Shown here: positions 19,594-28,068 of the stretch, one piece after another
Layout of the letters: every line of letters starts with the position of its first letter
Numbering within the stretch: the first letter of the stretch is position 1
Source: an uncultured Eggerthellaceae bacterium
Lineage (GTDB): Bacteria; Actinomycetota; Coriobacteriia; Coriobacteriales; Eggerthellaceae
NCBI GenBank assembly: GCA_964631345.1
Contig: CAZVWE010000010.1
Coordinates: 394 to 64,393 of the forward strand
Reading direction: 5' to 3'
DNA length: 64,000 nucleotides
The notes under the pieces: model-generated
What the model was told of the DNA's origin: nothing
The model's database searches: none
What the model saw: the letters and a program-made list of their open reading frames with translations, nothing else
Translations under genes and position numbers: made by a program

Positions 19594-21207
19594 TTGAAAT
19601 TGTTTACATTTGCAATGCTCATTGATGGATATGAAGACTGCGAAGTAATAGCAGCACCACGCGGTCACATAATGCTCGATACCCTTTTAATAGATGTAGA
19701 CAACACTATGCCGATTAGCGAATTGGGTATAAACCCCGTTCATTCACGTGCGCTTTTTTTCGGCAATTTTGAAAAATGTCAAGCATTTCTTTCTTGCAAT
19801 CCTGATTCTTACGCATGCGCTTTTAGCTCAGAAAATTTACTTTCCACTCTATCCGAAGACGCTTCTTCACGTTGCTTTTTGATACGTATTTGCGATCCTG
19901 GTAAATTCTTTATGCACATACAAGCTGTCGTTGCGCGTTATACCCTGTGGCAAGAACACATGAAAAACTCGCTTCTTCAAAACATGAGCTACCAAAATTT
20001 GATTGACTGCAGCGAAAGTATTCTTGGAAACTTTCTTTCGATAACCGATATGTCGTTTCGTTTGCTTGGCTACACACATAACATTAAACCAGATGACGAG
20101 GTTTCAAAACGACTCATACAAAGCGGATATCACGACAAGCAGACCATAGAACTTTTTCGACAAAACCATCTTTTTGAGATATGGGAAACACACAGCGGAC
20201 TCGCAGTGCATGAGGTTCCTCTTACCTCGGATAGCGAAAGCGCTTCATACGTATTCCGAAAACAGGGAATGTATTTCGTTCATGTAATACTGCGCTTCAA
20301 TCACAAACCACGAACGCAGGCACTCCTTGATATCTTCGAAATATTTATTTCACATCTTGAGGTGCTTGTAAAACGGGATTGGCAAAAGCGACGTGGACAG
20401 CGAACAAATTATGCGCAGATATTAACAGAATTGCTTTCTGGAAAGCGAACAAAAACAACGACTATTGACGAAGAGTTAAATCTTGTGGGCATTGACAGCG
20501 ATGCCAAGTTCATCGTGTTGGTTTTTGCTCCCGGCGAACACGCCGATCGGATGCCAGCAAGCGAACGACACTATCTTTTAAGTCAGATGGAAGAAGAATT
20601 TCCAGACCAAATGATTATCGAGTACGAAGACAACATAGTCATGGTGTTCCAGCTTCCCCTGCAAAAAGCTATCGATGGAAATTTTAGCGATAGGCAGGCA
20701 GAGTTTATTGCGCGCGTTTCGTCCTTCATAAGTATTAATAACAAGATTTGTGGCTGTTCGAATACAATCGATTCCGCGTTCGACCTTTGTTTTGCTTATC
20801 AACAAGCATGCTTCGCCTTATCGTGCAGTTCTAAGCCTCTTGTCGCTCCAACCGAAAAGGCGTCATCTTTCGTAACGCAATTCAGTGAATGTTATTTGGA
20901 TTTTCTAATGTTTGGTCGTCTAAACAACAAGAGACTTGATCAATTTTGTCGAATGCACGGCTTAGTTGCACGTATTATCCACGATGATCGTATTGAAGAA
21001 ACGAATAACCTTGAGATAATCGTGACCTACCTTTATTACGAACGCCGTGCATCCGACGCGGCCAAAGCTTTATTCATGCACAGAAATACTCTCGTTTATC
21101 GCATTAATGCTCTCTGCAAACGCTATGATCTAAAACTTGATTCATACGCATCCCGTCAAGCCCTGCTTTTGGAATACAACATAATGCAAAACTTCGAACG
21201 GCTTTAA
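19594..21207 (+). CDS. PucR/CdaR-family transcriptional regulator
   Basis: C-terminal PucR-type HTH AAKALFMHRNTLVYRINALCKRYDL. It is divergent from the small-protein/isomerase-like/SufE operon. Confidence 0.75.
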   Translation: MKLFTFAMLIDGYEDCEVIAAPRGHIMLDTLLIDVDNTMPISELGINPVHSRALFFGNFEKCQAFLSCNPDSYACAFSSENLLSTLSEDASSRCFLIRICDPGKFFMHIQAVVARYTLWQEHMKNSLLQNMSYQNLIDCSESILGNFLSITDMSFRLLGYTHNIKPDDEVSKRLIQSGYHDKQTIELFRQNHLFEIWETHSGLAVHEVPLTSDSESASYVFRKQGMYFVHVILRFNHKPRTQALLDIFEIFISHLEVLVKRDWQKRRGQRTNYAQILTELLSGKRTKTTTIDEELNLVGIDSDAKFIVLVFAPGEHADRMPASERHYLLSQMEEEFPDQMIIEYEDNIVMVFQLPLQKAIDGNFSDRQAEFIARVSSFISINNKICGCSNTIDSAFDLCFAYQQACFALSCSSKPLVAPTEKASSFVTQFSECYLDFLMFGRLNNKRLDQFCRMHGLVARIIHDDRIEETNNLEIIVTYLYYERRASDAAKALFMHRNTLVYRINALCKRYDLKLDSYASRQALLLEYNIMQNFERL

Positions 21208-21243
21208 TTGCGAATTGAATGGCTGCATGTCCGATAACAGTTT

Positions 21244-22533
21244 TTAGCGCCATTCTACATCGATAAATTCACCGGCTTGGGGTTTAACAGCACCTGATCC
21301 TGCAGGTACCAAATAAAAAGCATTTCCAGAAAGTGTTTCGGGTGACCCTGCTTTACCTGAGAATGGCTTTGCATGCAAAAGACCATCTTTGCCTTGCTCA
21401 ACTTTCAGAAATTTCACAGCTGAAAACTCTTGTCCAGGTGCAACAACACTTGGACGATCTTCTCCAGAAATTGCTTTTGTACCAGAGGCTTTTTGGTCGT
21501 GCTTCTTTGCATGTCCGGAGCCATCAAATGACTCATCCAATATCACTGATACCGTCTCGGGCTCAGGTGATAGTCCTAAAAACTGCTTCATCAGCGGCAG
21601 TAAATAGAAGTTTAAGGTAAACGAAGCTCCACCGGACGGACCAGAGATTCCAACAATTGGCTTTCCGTTTACAAAAGCAAAATGGCTGTGATGACCCGGT
21701 CCGTGGCTTACTTCGTGACAGATTATTTCACCCATCTTCTCAAGCTCTTCAACAGCCCAGTCGCCCGATCCTTTAGATGTTCCGGCGTTTAGAATCACGA
21801 TATCGGCCATTTCACAGGCTGCTTCCACCGCATCATGAATTGCTTGCGGGTCGTCCGGGACAATGTCAAACGGCAGATATTCGCCACCCCACGCTTCGAC
21901 TTTACCCTTAACAACCACGCTATTCGTTTCGATATTACGTCCTGTTGGCGTATGAGCAGAACCTGGTTGGATCAATTCATCTCCTGTTGGAATAAAAGCT
22001 ACTTTTGGACGAACACGAACGGGAACGGACGCGATGTTTCCACTTGCTATGCGTGCAGCGACATCTGGCGTAATTACCGTATTTGCTGTTTCGAGCAAAT
22101 CGCCTACGTTAAGCGTGCTTCCCGCAGGTCGTGTTCCTGCATAACGTTTAGAGGGAGCAGCGCTTATTTGAACATGTTGTTCATCAGGTGAAACAATGAC
22201 ATGTTCAATGACAATGGCCGTATCGAATCCTTCAGGCATAGCCACGCCAGTATTGGCGAATTCCCAGTCAACACCTCGCACCCAAGAAGAGGTATCTGGC
22301 AACTCACCTTCGGCAAAGCCTTCAAAGTTTTCCCAGTGTACGGCAATGGAGTCCATGCAGCAGGTTAGTGTATTGGGGGCTTGGGTAATCGAATGAATAT
22401 CTTTTGCAAGCACGCGCCCAAAAGAGTCGTAGATGTTTACATTTTCGATTTGCGCAACGAAATTAGTGCGTGCGAGTATCTCGCTTACTGCCTTTTCACG
22501 CGACATGGTTATATGGTTGGAATGGTCTCTCAT
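21244..22533 (-). CDS. moeA: MoeA-like molybdopterin molybdotransferase-family protein
   Basis: MoeA-like N-terminus (FGRVLAKDI...APNTL.CCMDSIAV), a central MogA/MoCF-type domain (PKVAFIPTGDEL...ADIVILNAGTSKGSGD) and a C-terminal barrel. It is the last gene of the ABC operon. Confidence 0.55.
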   Translation of the reverse strand: MRDHSNHITMSREKAVSEILARTNFVAQIENVNIYDSFGRVLAKDIHSITQAPNTLTCCMDSIAVHWENFEGFAEGELPDTSSWVRGVDWEFANTGVAMPEGFDTAIVIEHVIVSPDEQHVQISAAPSKRYAGTRPAGSTLNVGDLLETANTVITPDVAARIASGNIASVPVRVRPKVAFIPTGDELIQPGSAHTPTGRNIETNSVVVKGKVEAWGGEYLPFDIVPDDPQAIHDAVEAACEMADIVILNAGTSKGSGDWAVEELEKMGEIICHEVSHGPGHHSHFAFVNGKPIVGISGPSGGASFTLNFYLLPLMKQFLGLSPEPETVSVILDESFDGSGHAKKHDQKASGTKAISGEDRPSVVAPGQEFSAVKFLKVEQGKDGLLHAKPFSGKAGSPETLSGNAFYLVPAGSGAVKPQAGEFIDVEWR

Positions 22534-22545
22534 TTGATTCCTTTC

Positions 22546-23382
22546 TTACTTAGGTCTTAATTCATTAAGAAGCAACGGATCGGTTTTATATTCTTGAACA
22601 ACCGGTACACAAGCCGATCCGAATTTTCCATTTCCCAAATCAACTTGGTCGACGATTACATCAGTATGATAGATAGTTTTCATCGTCTGCTGCGTAATGA
22701 TATCAGTGGGAGTTCCTTGTGCAAGCATGCGCCCTTGATCTAGAACGATTACGTGATCAGCGCAGTAAAAAGCATGTGCCGGATCATGCGTTACCATTAA
22801 TACCGACATTCCGTTATCCACTAAACTGCGCATGCGCGATAGCACAAGCTGCTGATTTCCAAAATCTAAACTTGCAGTTGGCTCATCCATAATAAGAATC
22901 TCTGGCTGTTGAACAAGTGCGCGAGCAATTAACACAAGCTGTTGTTGTCCGCCAGACAGTTGCGGGTAATTCTTGTCGGCAAGGTCTTCAATTGCAAGCT
23001 GACAAAGTGCCGCATAAGAAACACGACGATCCGCTTTTGAAATTTTGCACATAGGTGACATGTGGGGTGTTCGACCCATAAGCACAACATCTCTCACCTT
23101 GTACGGAAACGGAAGTCGATGTGTCTGTGGAATATAAGCGAAGTGTTTAGCTTTTTCGCGCTCACGCATAGCAAGTGCATTTTGTCCGCTGATTTCAACA
23201 CGCCCCGCAAGCGCTGGCAAGAGTCCCAAGATGGTTTTAAGAGTTGTGGTTTTGCCGCAACCGTTTGCACCGATGATGCAACAAAATTCACCTGCTTTAA
23301 GTTCAAAGCTCATATCGCTCACAATTGGATGCGCTGCTTTATATCCAACATCAAGATTTTCGACTATCAGCATTGACCTCAC
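22546..23382 (-). CDS. ABC transporter ATP-binding protein (FepC/FecE/BtuD type)
   Basis: Walker A GANGCGKTT, signature LSGGQQQL and Walker B ILIMDEPT. Confidence 0.9.
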   Translation of the reverse strand: MRSMLIVENLDVGYKAAHPIVSDMSFELKAGEFCCIIGANGCGKTTTLKTILGLLPALAGRVEISGQNALAMREREKAKHFAYIPQTHRLPFPYKVRDVVLMGRTPHMSPMCKISKADRRVSYAALCQLAIEDLADKNYPQLSGGQQQLVLIARALVQQPEILIMDEPTASLDFGNQQLVLSRMRSLVDNGMSVLMVTHDPAHAFYCADHVIVLDQGRMLAQGTPTDIITQQTMKTIYHTDVIVDQVDLGNGKFGSACVPVVQEYKTDPLLLNELRPK

Positions 23383-23495
23383 CTAACATGACAATATTCG
23401 AACTTGAACCTGTAAATCAAATCTGTAACCCAAGCTCGTAAATCTCAACCTGCTAATCCAAACCTATAAAACTCATCCGTAAATTCCAGTTTTCA

Positions 23496-24704
23496 TCAGT
23501 TCCAACTTGAAGAATTGCGTTTAAAAATCAGTGCAAAGAACGGTACTCCTAGAAGTGCCGTAAGTATTCCAATAGGTATCTCCATTGCGAATAAACAACG
23601 CGCAAGATCGTCAACGATAAGTAGGTAGCAACCACCCAGAAGTGCCGCCGTTGGTAAAAGACGCTTGTGATCAGGCCCTACAACCGCACGAGCAAGATGC
23701 GGAATTACAAGACCAATCCAACCGATAACACCTGAAACTGCTACGGAAACAGAAGTGAGTAGCGTTGCGGCAATAATTACAATGAATCTTGTTCGCGCTG
23801 TGTTGATTCCAAGTGATTTAGCTTCTTCTTCACCAAGTGAGAGCACATTCAAATTCCAACGCTCAAGCATCAATAAAACGAATCCCACAACCATCGGAAT
23901 AACTGCCATACGTAAATCTGTCATATTGGCGCCAGAAAAACTTCCCATAAGCCAATATGTAATCGATGGGAGTTTGTCGTTTACGTCGGCACAGAGCTTC
24001 ACTATCGAAGTTCCCGCTTGGAACATAGTTGAAACGAGAATGCCGCCAAGTACCAGTCCTAAAAGTCGGTCATATTTGACCATGCCATTCATAAAAACCG
24101 CTATTCCGACAGCAAGAAGACCGCATCCAAAAGCTAGAAGCTGGGTAATTATTGTACTTGTTCCGATAAGAAGTCCGATGCATGCTCCCAGACTTGCGCC
24201 AGCAGAAGCGCCTAAGAGATCGGGTGATACGAGAGGATTTCGAAACATTCCCTGAAAAGCGGCTCCTGCACTTGCAAGTGCAGCACCAGTCATAAGAACA
24301 AGAAGAATACGAGGGATACGAATTGCAAAAATTACTTTATCCACGCTGAGTTCTTCTTTAGTTTGAATGGCATCTGCAAAGTGACGCTGAATTCCTTCTA
24401 CAAGTTCAGGAGGATTAATAGGGTATTGACCTATCGCAAAGCTAACCAAGACAATGCCAACAAGAATAAGAGGAAGTGCAATCTTTATTCCAAGTGAAAC
24501 TTTTTCACTAAAAGTTTGATCAGCAGATTCTTCCAGACGAGCATATTTGTCGAGTTGATCTCCATTGAGACATTCTTTGAACTTGTCCTCATCGTGATTC
24601 TCGGACGCGTATTCAATGTCGGCAGATGCCGCTTCGAGTTTATCTTCGATCTTTTCTTCGATATTCGAACCTAAATGTTTCATGCGGTTCCTCGAGTAGA
24701 CCAC
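23496..24704 (-). CDS. FecCD-family (iron-chelate/B12-type) ABC permease with ~70-aa acidic N-terminal extension
   Basis: RIPRILLVLMTGAALASAGAAFQGMFRNPLVSPDLLG is typical of FecCD/BtuC permeases. Confidence 0.85.
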   Translation of the reverse strand: MVYSRNRMKHLGSNIEEKIEDKLEAASADIEYASENHDEDKFKECLNGDQLDKYARLEESADQTFSEKVSLGIKIALPLILVGIVLVSFAIGQYPINPPELVEGIQRHFADAIQTKEELSVDKVIFAIRIPRILLVLMTGAALASAGAAFQGMFRNPLVSPDLLGASAGASLGACIGLLIGTSTIITQLLAFGCGLLAVGIAVFMNGMVKYDRLLGLVLGGILVSTMFQAGTSIVKLCADVNDKLPSITYWLMGSFSGANMTDLRMAVIPMVVGFVLLMLERWNLNVLSLGEEEAKSLGINTARTRFIVIIAATLLTSVSVAVSGVIGWIGLVIPHLARAVVGPDHKRLLPTAALLGGCYLLIVDDLARCLFAMEIPIGILTALLGVPFFALIFKRNSSSWN

Positions 24705-25483
24705 TTAATAAACGCCCAAGGGGCGATCAGTGTATAGTCCAATTGATAAACAGTTTTTCCATCAAGCTGTTCTTGTTTGAAATGATCTTCAACATACTGG
24801 TCGAATAATTCTTGTTCACGATTGTTCAGTGGCGCAGATCCTGTCATGCGTGCAAGTTCCATACGTGCGGTTTCTAGATCATCGAAACGCATGGGACGCT
24901 CACAGGGGATATAGGTCAGATGTGGAAAGCGCTCCATCTCATAAAGCATTTTTATCAGTTTCGGAATTTCTTGTTCATCAGGAAGCTCTCGCCCTAAATG
25001 TTGCATCAAGCGAGGCTCATAAGCAGGAACTGATCCAGCAGAAACGGTTATAGCCACGGCTTCTCGGGCAACACTATCGAGCTTTTCAAGCAAATGCCTA
25101 ACATCTTTAAATCCAAGAGATCTTGAGGCAACGGCTATATCCACGGAATTTTCAGTTAAGCCAAATTCAGCCCAGTTATCCTGCCATGACATTAGTTTGC
25201 AGGTAACAGAAAGATCCTTATGAGCGATATTTTCTTCTAGCTTTTCAATCATTTTAGGAGAAAAATCGCAGGCAATTACCCTACAACCTTGCTTTGCAAG
25301 TGGAATAGCAAGCGTGCCCGCAGCGCATCCCATATCAAGCACGACTGAGTTATTCGAAGTGTCTAATAACTTCAGGAACTGTTCTGCATAATGATGTGTT
25401 GCAGAACCTCCGCCGCATTGTTTTCCAAAGGTTGCAGCACGTAAGTCCCAGTATTTTCGTTGCTCTTCAAATTCGTTATCCAT
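24680..25483 (-). CDS. class I SAM-dependent methyltransferase
   Basis: Motif I VLDMGCAAGTLAIPLAKQGCRVIACDFSPKMI. It overlaps the permease start by 25 nt. Confidence 0.8.
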   Translation of the reverse strand: MDNEFEEQRKYWDLRAATFGKQCGGGSATHHYAEQFLKLLDTSNNSVVLDMGCAAGTLAIPLAKQGCRVIACDFSPKMIEKLEENIAHKDLSVTCKLMSWQDNWAEFGLTENSVDIAVASRSLGFKDVRHLLEKLDSVAREAVAITVSAGSVPAYEPRLMQHLGRELPDEQEIPKLIKMLYEMERFPHLTYIPCERPMRFDDLETARMELARMTGSAPLNNREQELFDQYVEDHFKQEQLDGKTVYQLDYTLIAPWAFIKWSTRGTA

Positions 25484-25529
25484 AAAATTGCTGCTTTCAA
25501 AACAGGCGTTTAACTAATTTTTAATTCAA

Positions 25530-25585
25530 ATAAAAATGACCCACTTACCGTAAATATTTCAGATATCTTCCAGGTAAGTGGGTCA
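25530..25585 (-). terminator. intra-operon rho-independent terminator after the binding-protein gene
   Basis: On the minus strand, 13-bp arms tgacccacttacc/ggtaagtgggtca are followed by tttttatttg. Confidence 0.6.
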
Positions 25586-25635
25586 CAAAGAAAGGAGCCT
25601 AAGTCTTTATAAAAGACCCGACTTGAACATCTTTA

Positions 25636-26769
25636 TTAATCAAGGAACAAAATCTCGTTTGCTTCTGCATCAGTAAGATCCACTGAGAAGAATAATTTGT
25701 AGAAATCCTTAGTGGTCTGTACCATGTCGATGTCGTAGTAAGTTGGATAAAGCTTATTAGCAAGCCATTGCATTCCGATATAACGTGTAACTGATGGTGG
25801 ACGATCGCCCCACATATAAGGAACGCAAGGGATCGTATAGACCTGATTATTTTGAACAGCAGATATTGTCTCCCAATCAGGGCTTGTACGAATCAGATCG
25901 TCAGCTCCGCCCTTGATTGTGTCATCCCATGCAATGATTACATCTGGATCCCAATTGATTACATTTTCTAGAGACACCTGTGTCATACCGCTGCCTTGTG
26001 TGTTGTCGCAATCAGCAGCGTCTATGGCTCCAGCCGTTTTGAACGTGGCAAAGTGCGGTGAATTGGCGGGCTCTGTCTTTAGACCATCGGGGCCTTCAGC
26101 ATAATAAACAATTAGTAGCTCCTCATCAGGAACTTTTGCGACAGCTGCCGTAACATCTGCAAGTGCTTTTTCACAGTAATCTGCCATTTCGTCTGCGCGG
26201 TCTTCGGTGCCAAGAACTTTACCAATTTCGCGGTAGGTATCCGGTGTGCTTTCTACAGAGCCGTCGAAAACAAGTACAGGGATGCCGGTTTGCTCTTGCA
26301 ATTCATCAGCTGCGGAAATGTCGCCTTCTGAAATAGTTGCTGAAGTTACATCTAGGATAGCCTGGATACCTGCGGCCATGATTGCTTCATTATCGAGTGT
26401 ACCATTCATGGACCATGTTCCGTAGTTCTCAAGATCTTTTACCACTTCCGGCATGTATTTAAGCTCGTATTCAGTGTAGTCAGTATTAGTGCCACCTGCT
26501 TTTTCGGGCGCCATAGTGAATAAATACATCTGTGCGATAGGACTTGTTGGATAGATTGAGGTCAAATTCTCAGGGGATGGAATTTCGACCGTCCTACCTG
26601 CGCCGTCTGTGACACTTACCGCTTGCGCTTGTGAGTCTGTCGCTGATGCATTAGAGCTGTCCTGTGAGTTGCTAGTGCCACAACCTGCAAGCAGTAGACA
26701 ACACAGCGATAATGCCGTGACGATCGCAATCGCCTTGTTCAAAAAATGCCGTTTTACTAAACCTTCCAT
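25636..26769 (-). CDS. lipoprotein substrate-binding protein of FecB/BtuF (chelate-binding) type
   Basis: Lipobox LLAGCG and ~350-aa mature size. It sits in an operon with a FecCD permease. Confidence 0.75.
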   Translation of the reverse strand: MEGLVKRHFLNKAIAIVTALSLCCLLLAGCGTSNSQDSSNASATDSQAQAVSVTDGAGRTVEIPSPENLTSIYPTSPIAQMYLFTMAPEKAGGTNTDYTEYELKYMPEVVKDLENYGTWSMNGTLDNEAIMAAGIQAILDVTSATISEGDISAADELQEQTGIPVLVFDGSVESTPDTYREIGKVLGTEDRADEMADYCEKALADVTAAVAKVPDEELLIVYYAEGPDGLKTEPANSPHFATFKTAGAIDAADCDNTQGSGMTQVSLENVINWDPDVIIAWDDTIKGGADDLIRTSPDWETISAVQNNQVYTIPCVPYMWGDRPPSVTRYIGMQWLANKLYPTYYDIDMVQTTKDFYKLFFSVDLTDAEANEILFLD

Positions 26770-26929
26770 GCCACCTTTCCTTTCGTTGTTTTGCGGGATG
26801 CCTGATTTTGCATTGCCCGTTTAACCCGTTTTTTGTAGCTGAGTTTTATGGCTGTGTTTTATAACTGTGCGATCTCCCCAAACGCTATTTCCACAAACGC
26901 TATTTCCCCAAAATGTGCGATGCTGATGG

Positions 26930-27769
26930 TTAGAGCTGCTCCGGCTCGGGCGTGTTCCACCCTGGACGTTCAATACGCATCTTTTCGACTCCATGGCCGA
27001 AAATCTGTGACGTTGCGCCATGCAAAATGGTTGCTTTAGCACGTTCGGGATCGGTGATTACAGATCCCGCTAAACAATCAATGCCGAAATCGTAGAAAAT
27101 TGGTGACGGCACAACACTGGGGCCGACCATAACCACACTGCTGTCTGCTTTGCGAGCAAGCTCTAGTAAACGAGTGATAGTTTTATTTGTAAGAGTGATT
27201 CCAGTTATGAAATTAATGTCTTGATGGGGGATCACATATTCACAAGCTGGATCTGGTATATCTCCTGCTTGTGGTTCACGTTCAAGGATTGTAAGTTCGC
27301 ATTCATCCGCTAGTTTTTCCACTAAAGGAAAATGACCAACGACCGTTACCTTTTTTCCAACACAAATCTTTTTGTATAAATCAAAAGCATCATTTGAGGT
27401 TTTTGATTCGACAATCATTCCTGCTTCTTCAAGGCGACTACCATATGAATACCATGCATTTAGTGCTGCTACGCCAACACTTGCTTCCATAAAATTCCAA
27501 CTTGTAGCCAAGCAAGCAACGTCACGAAGTGTCATATAGAGTGGTTGAGAACTTAGCGAAAACGAACCAGAGCCTCCACGTGTCAGCATTGACATACCAA
27601 ACCCGCATTCAGCTTCCAGCAAAATCCAATGGTTGGCAACGCAATAATCTTTGACGCCGATATCTTCCGGGATGCCTTCTATAAGCTTTTTGTAAAGATC
27701 CCATTCCTTGGGTAACTGTGATATCTCCATCCAACTAGGAAGATGGTGTTTATCCGCACAAATCGACAT
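26930..27769 (-). CDS. DUF4213/DUF364-family protein (putative metal-chelate-handling Rossmann-like protein)
   Basis: 279 aa with an N-terminal enolase-N-like part and a Rossmann-like part (KKVTVVGHFP). This architecture is recalled from the PF13938/PF04016 family. First gene of the operon. Confidence 0.55.
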   Translation of the reverse strand: MSICADKHHLPSWMEISQLPKEWDLYKKLIEGIPEDIGVKDYCVANHWILLEAECGFGMSMLTRGGSGSFSLSSQPLYMTLRDVACLATSWNFMEASVGVAALNAWYSYGSRLEEAGMIVESKTSNDAFDLYKKICVGKKVTVVGHFPLVEKLADECELTILEREPQAGDIPDPACEYVIPHQDINFITGITLTNKTITRLLELARKADSSVVMVGPSVVPSPIFYDFGIDCLAGSVITDPERAKATILHGATSQIFGHGVEKMRIERPGWNTPEPEQL

Positions 27770-27845
27770 CGCCCTAAGCTCCCTAATATATCCATTTGAG
27801 AATAATATTGTGTTGAGGATTATACTCTTATAAGACTAATATGTA

Positions 27846-27878
27846 ATAAGAATATTCTTATATCGGAATAATTATTCC
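27846..27878. promoter_or_regulatory. two adjacent perfect palindromes (candidate operators) in the DUF364 operon promoter
   Basis: ataagaatattcttat (27846-27861) and ggaataattattcc (27865-27878). On the minus strand they follow a TATAAT-like -10 box (ctatttataatgtg). Confidence 0.45.
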
Positions 27879-27962
27879 TACACATTATAAATAGAGGAAT
27901 AAAAGGAGAGGCAAGGGAGAGTGTCTTAAACAGCTGCGGTGATTTTCCGTTTCATAAATGTT

Positions 27963-27990
27963 CGGAAGAACACGGAAGAACACGGAAGAA
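27963..27990. repeat. 10-bp tandem repeat cggaagaaca x2.8
   Basis: Direct reading of ttcggaagaacacggaagaacacggaagaatt. Confidence 0.8.
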
Positions 27991-28019
27991 TTGACTCCGA
28001 TTTTGGACTCGCTGGACAT

Positions 28020-28066
28020 TAAAAAGTGACGAGGACTTTTCAACATGAAAAATCCCCGTCACTTTT
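28020..28066 (-). terminator. rho-independent terminator of the ferredoxin-like gene
   Basis: Arms aaaagtgacg(a)gga / tcc(c)cgtcactttt, with a T-run on the minus strand, start 3 nt after the stop. Confidence 0.6.
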
Positions 28067-28068
28067 GC

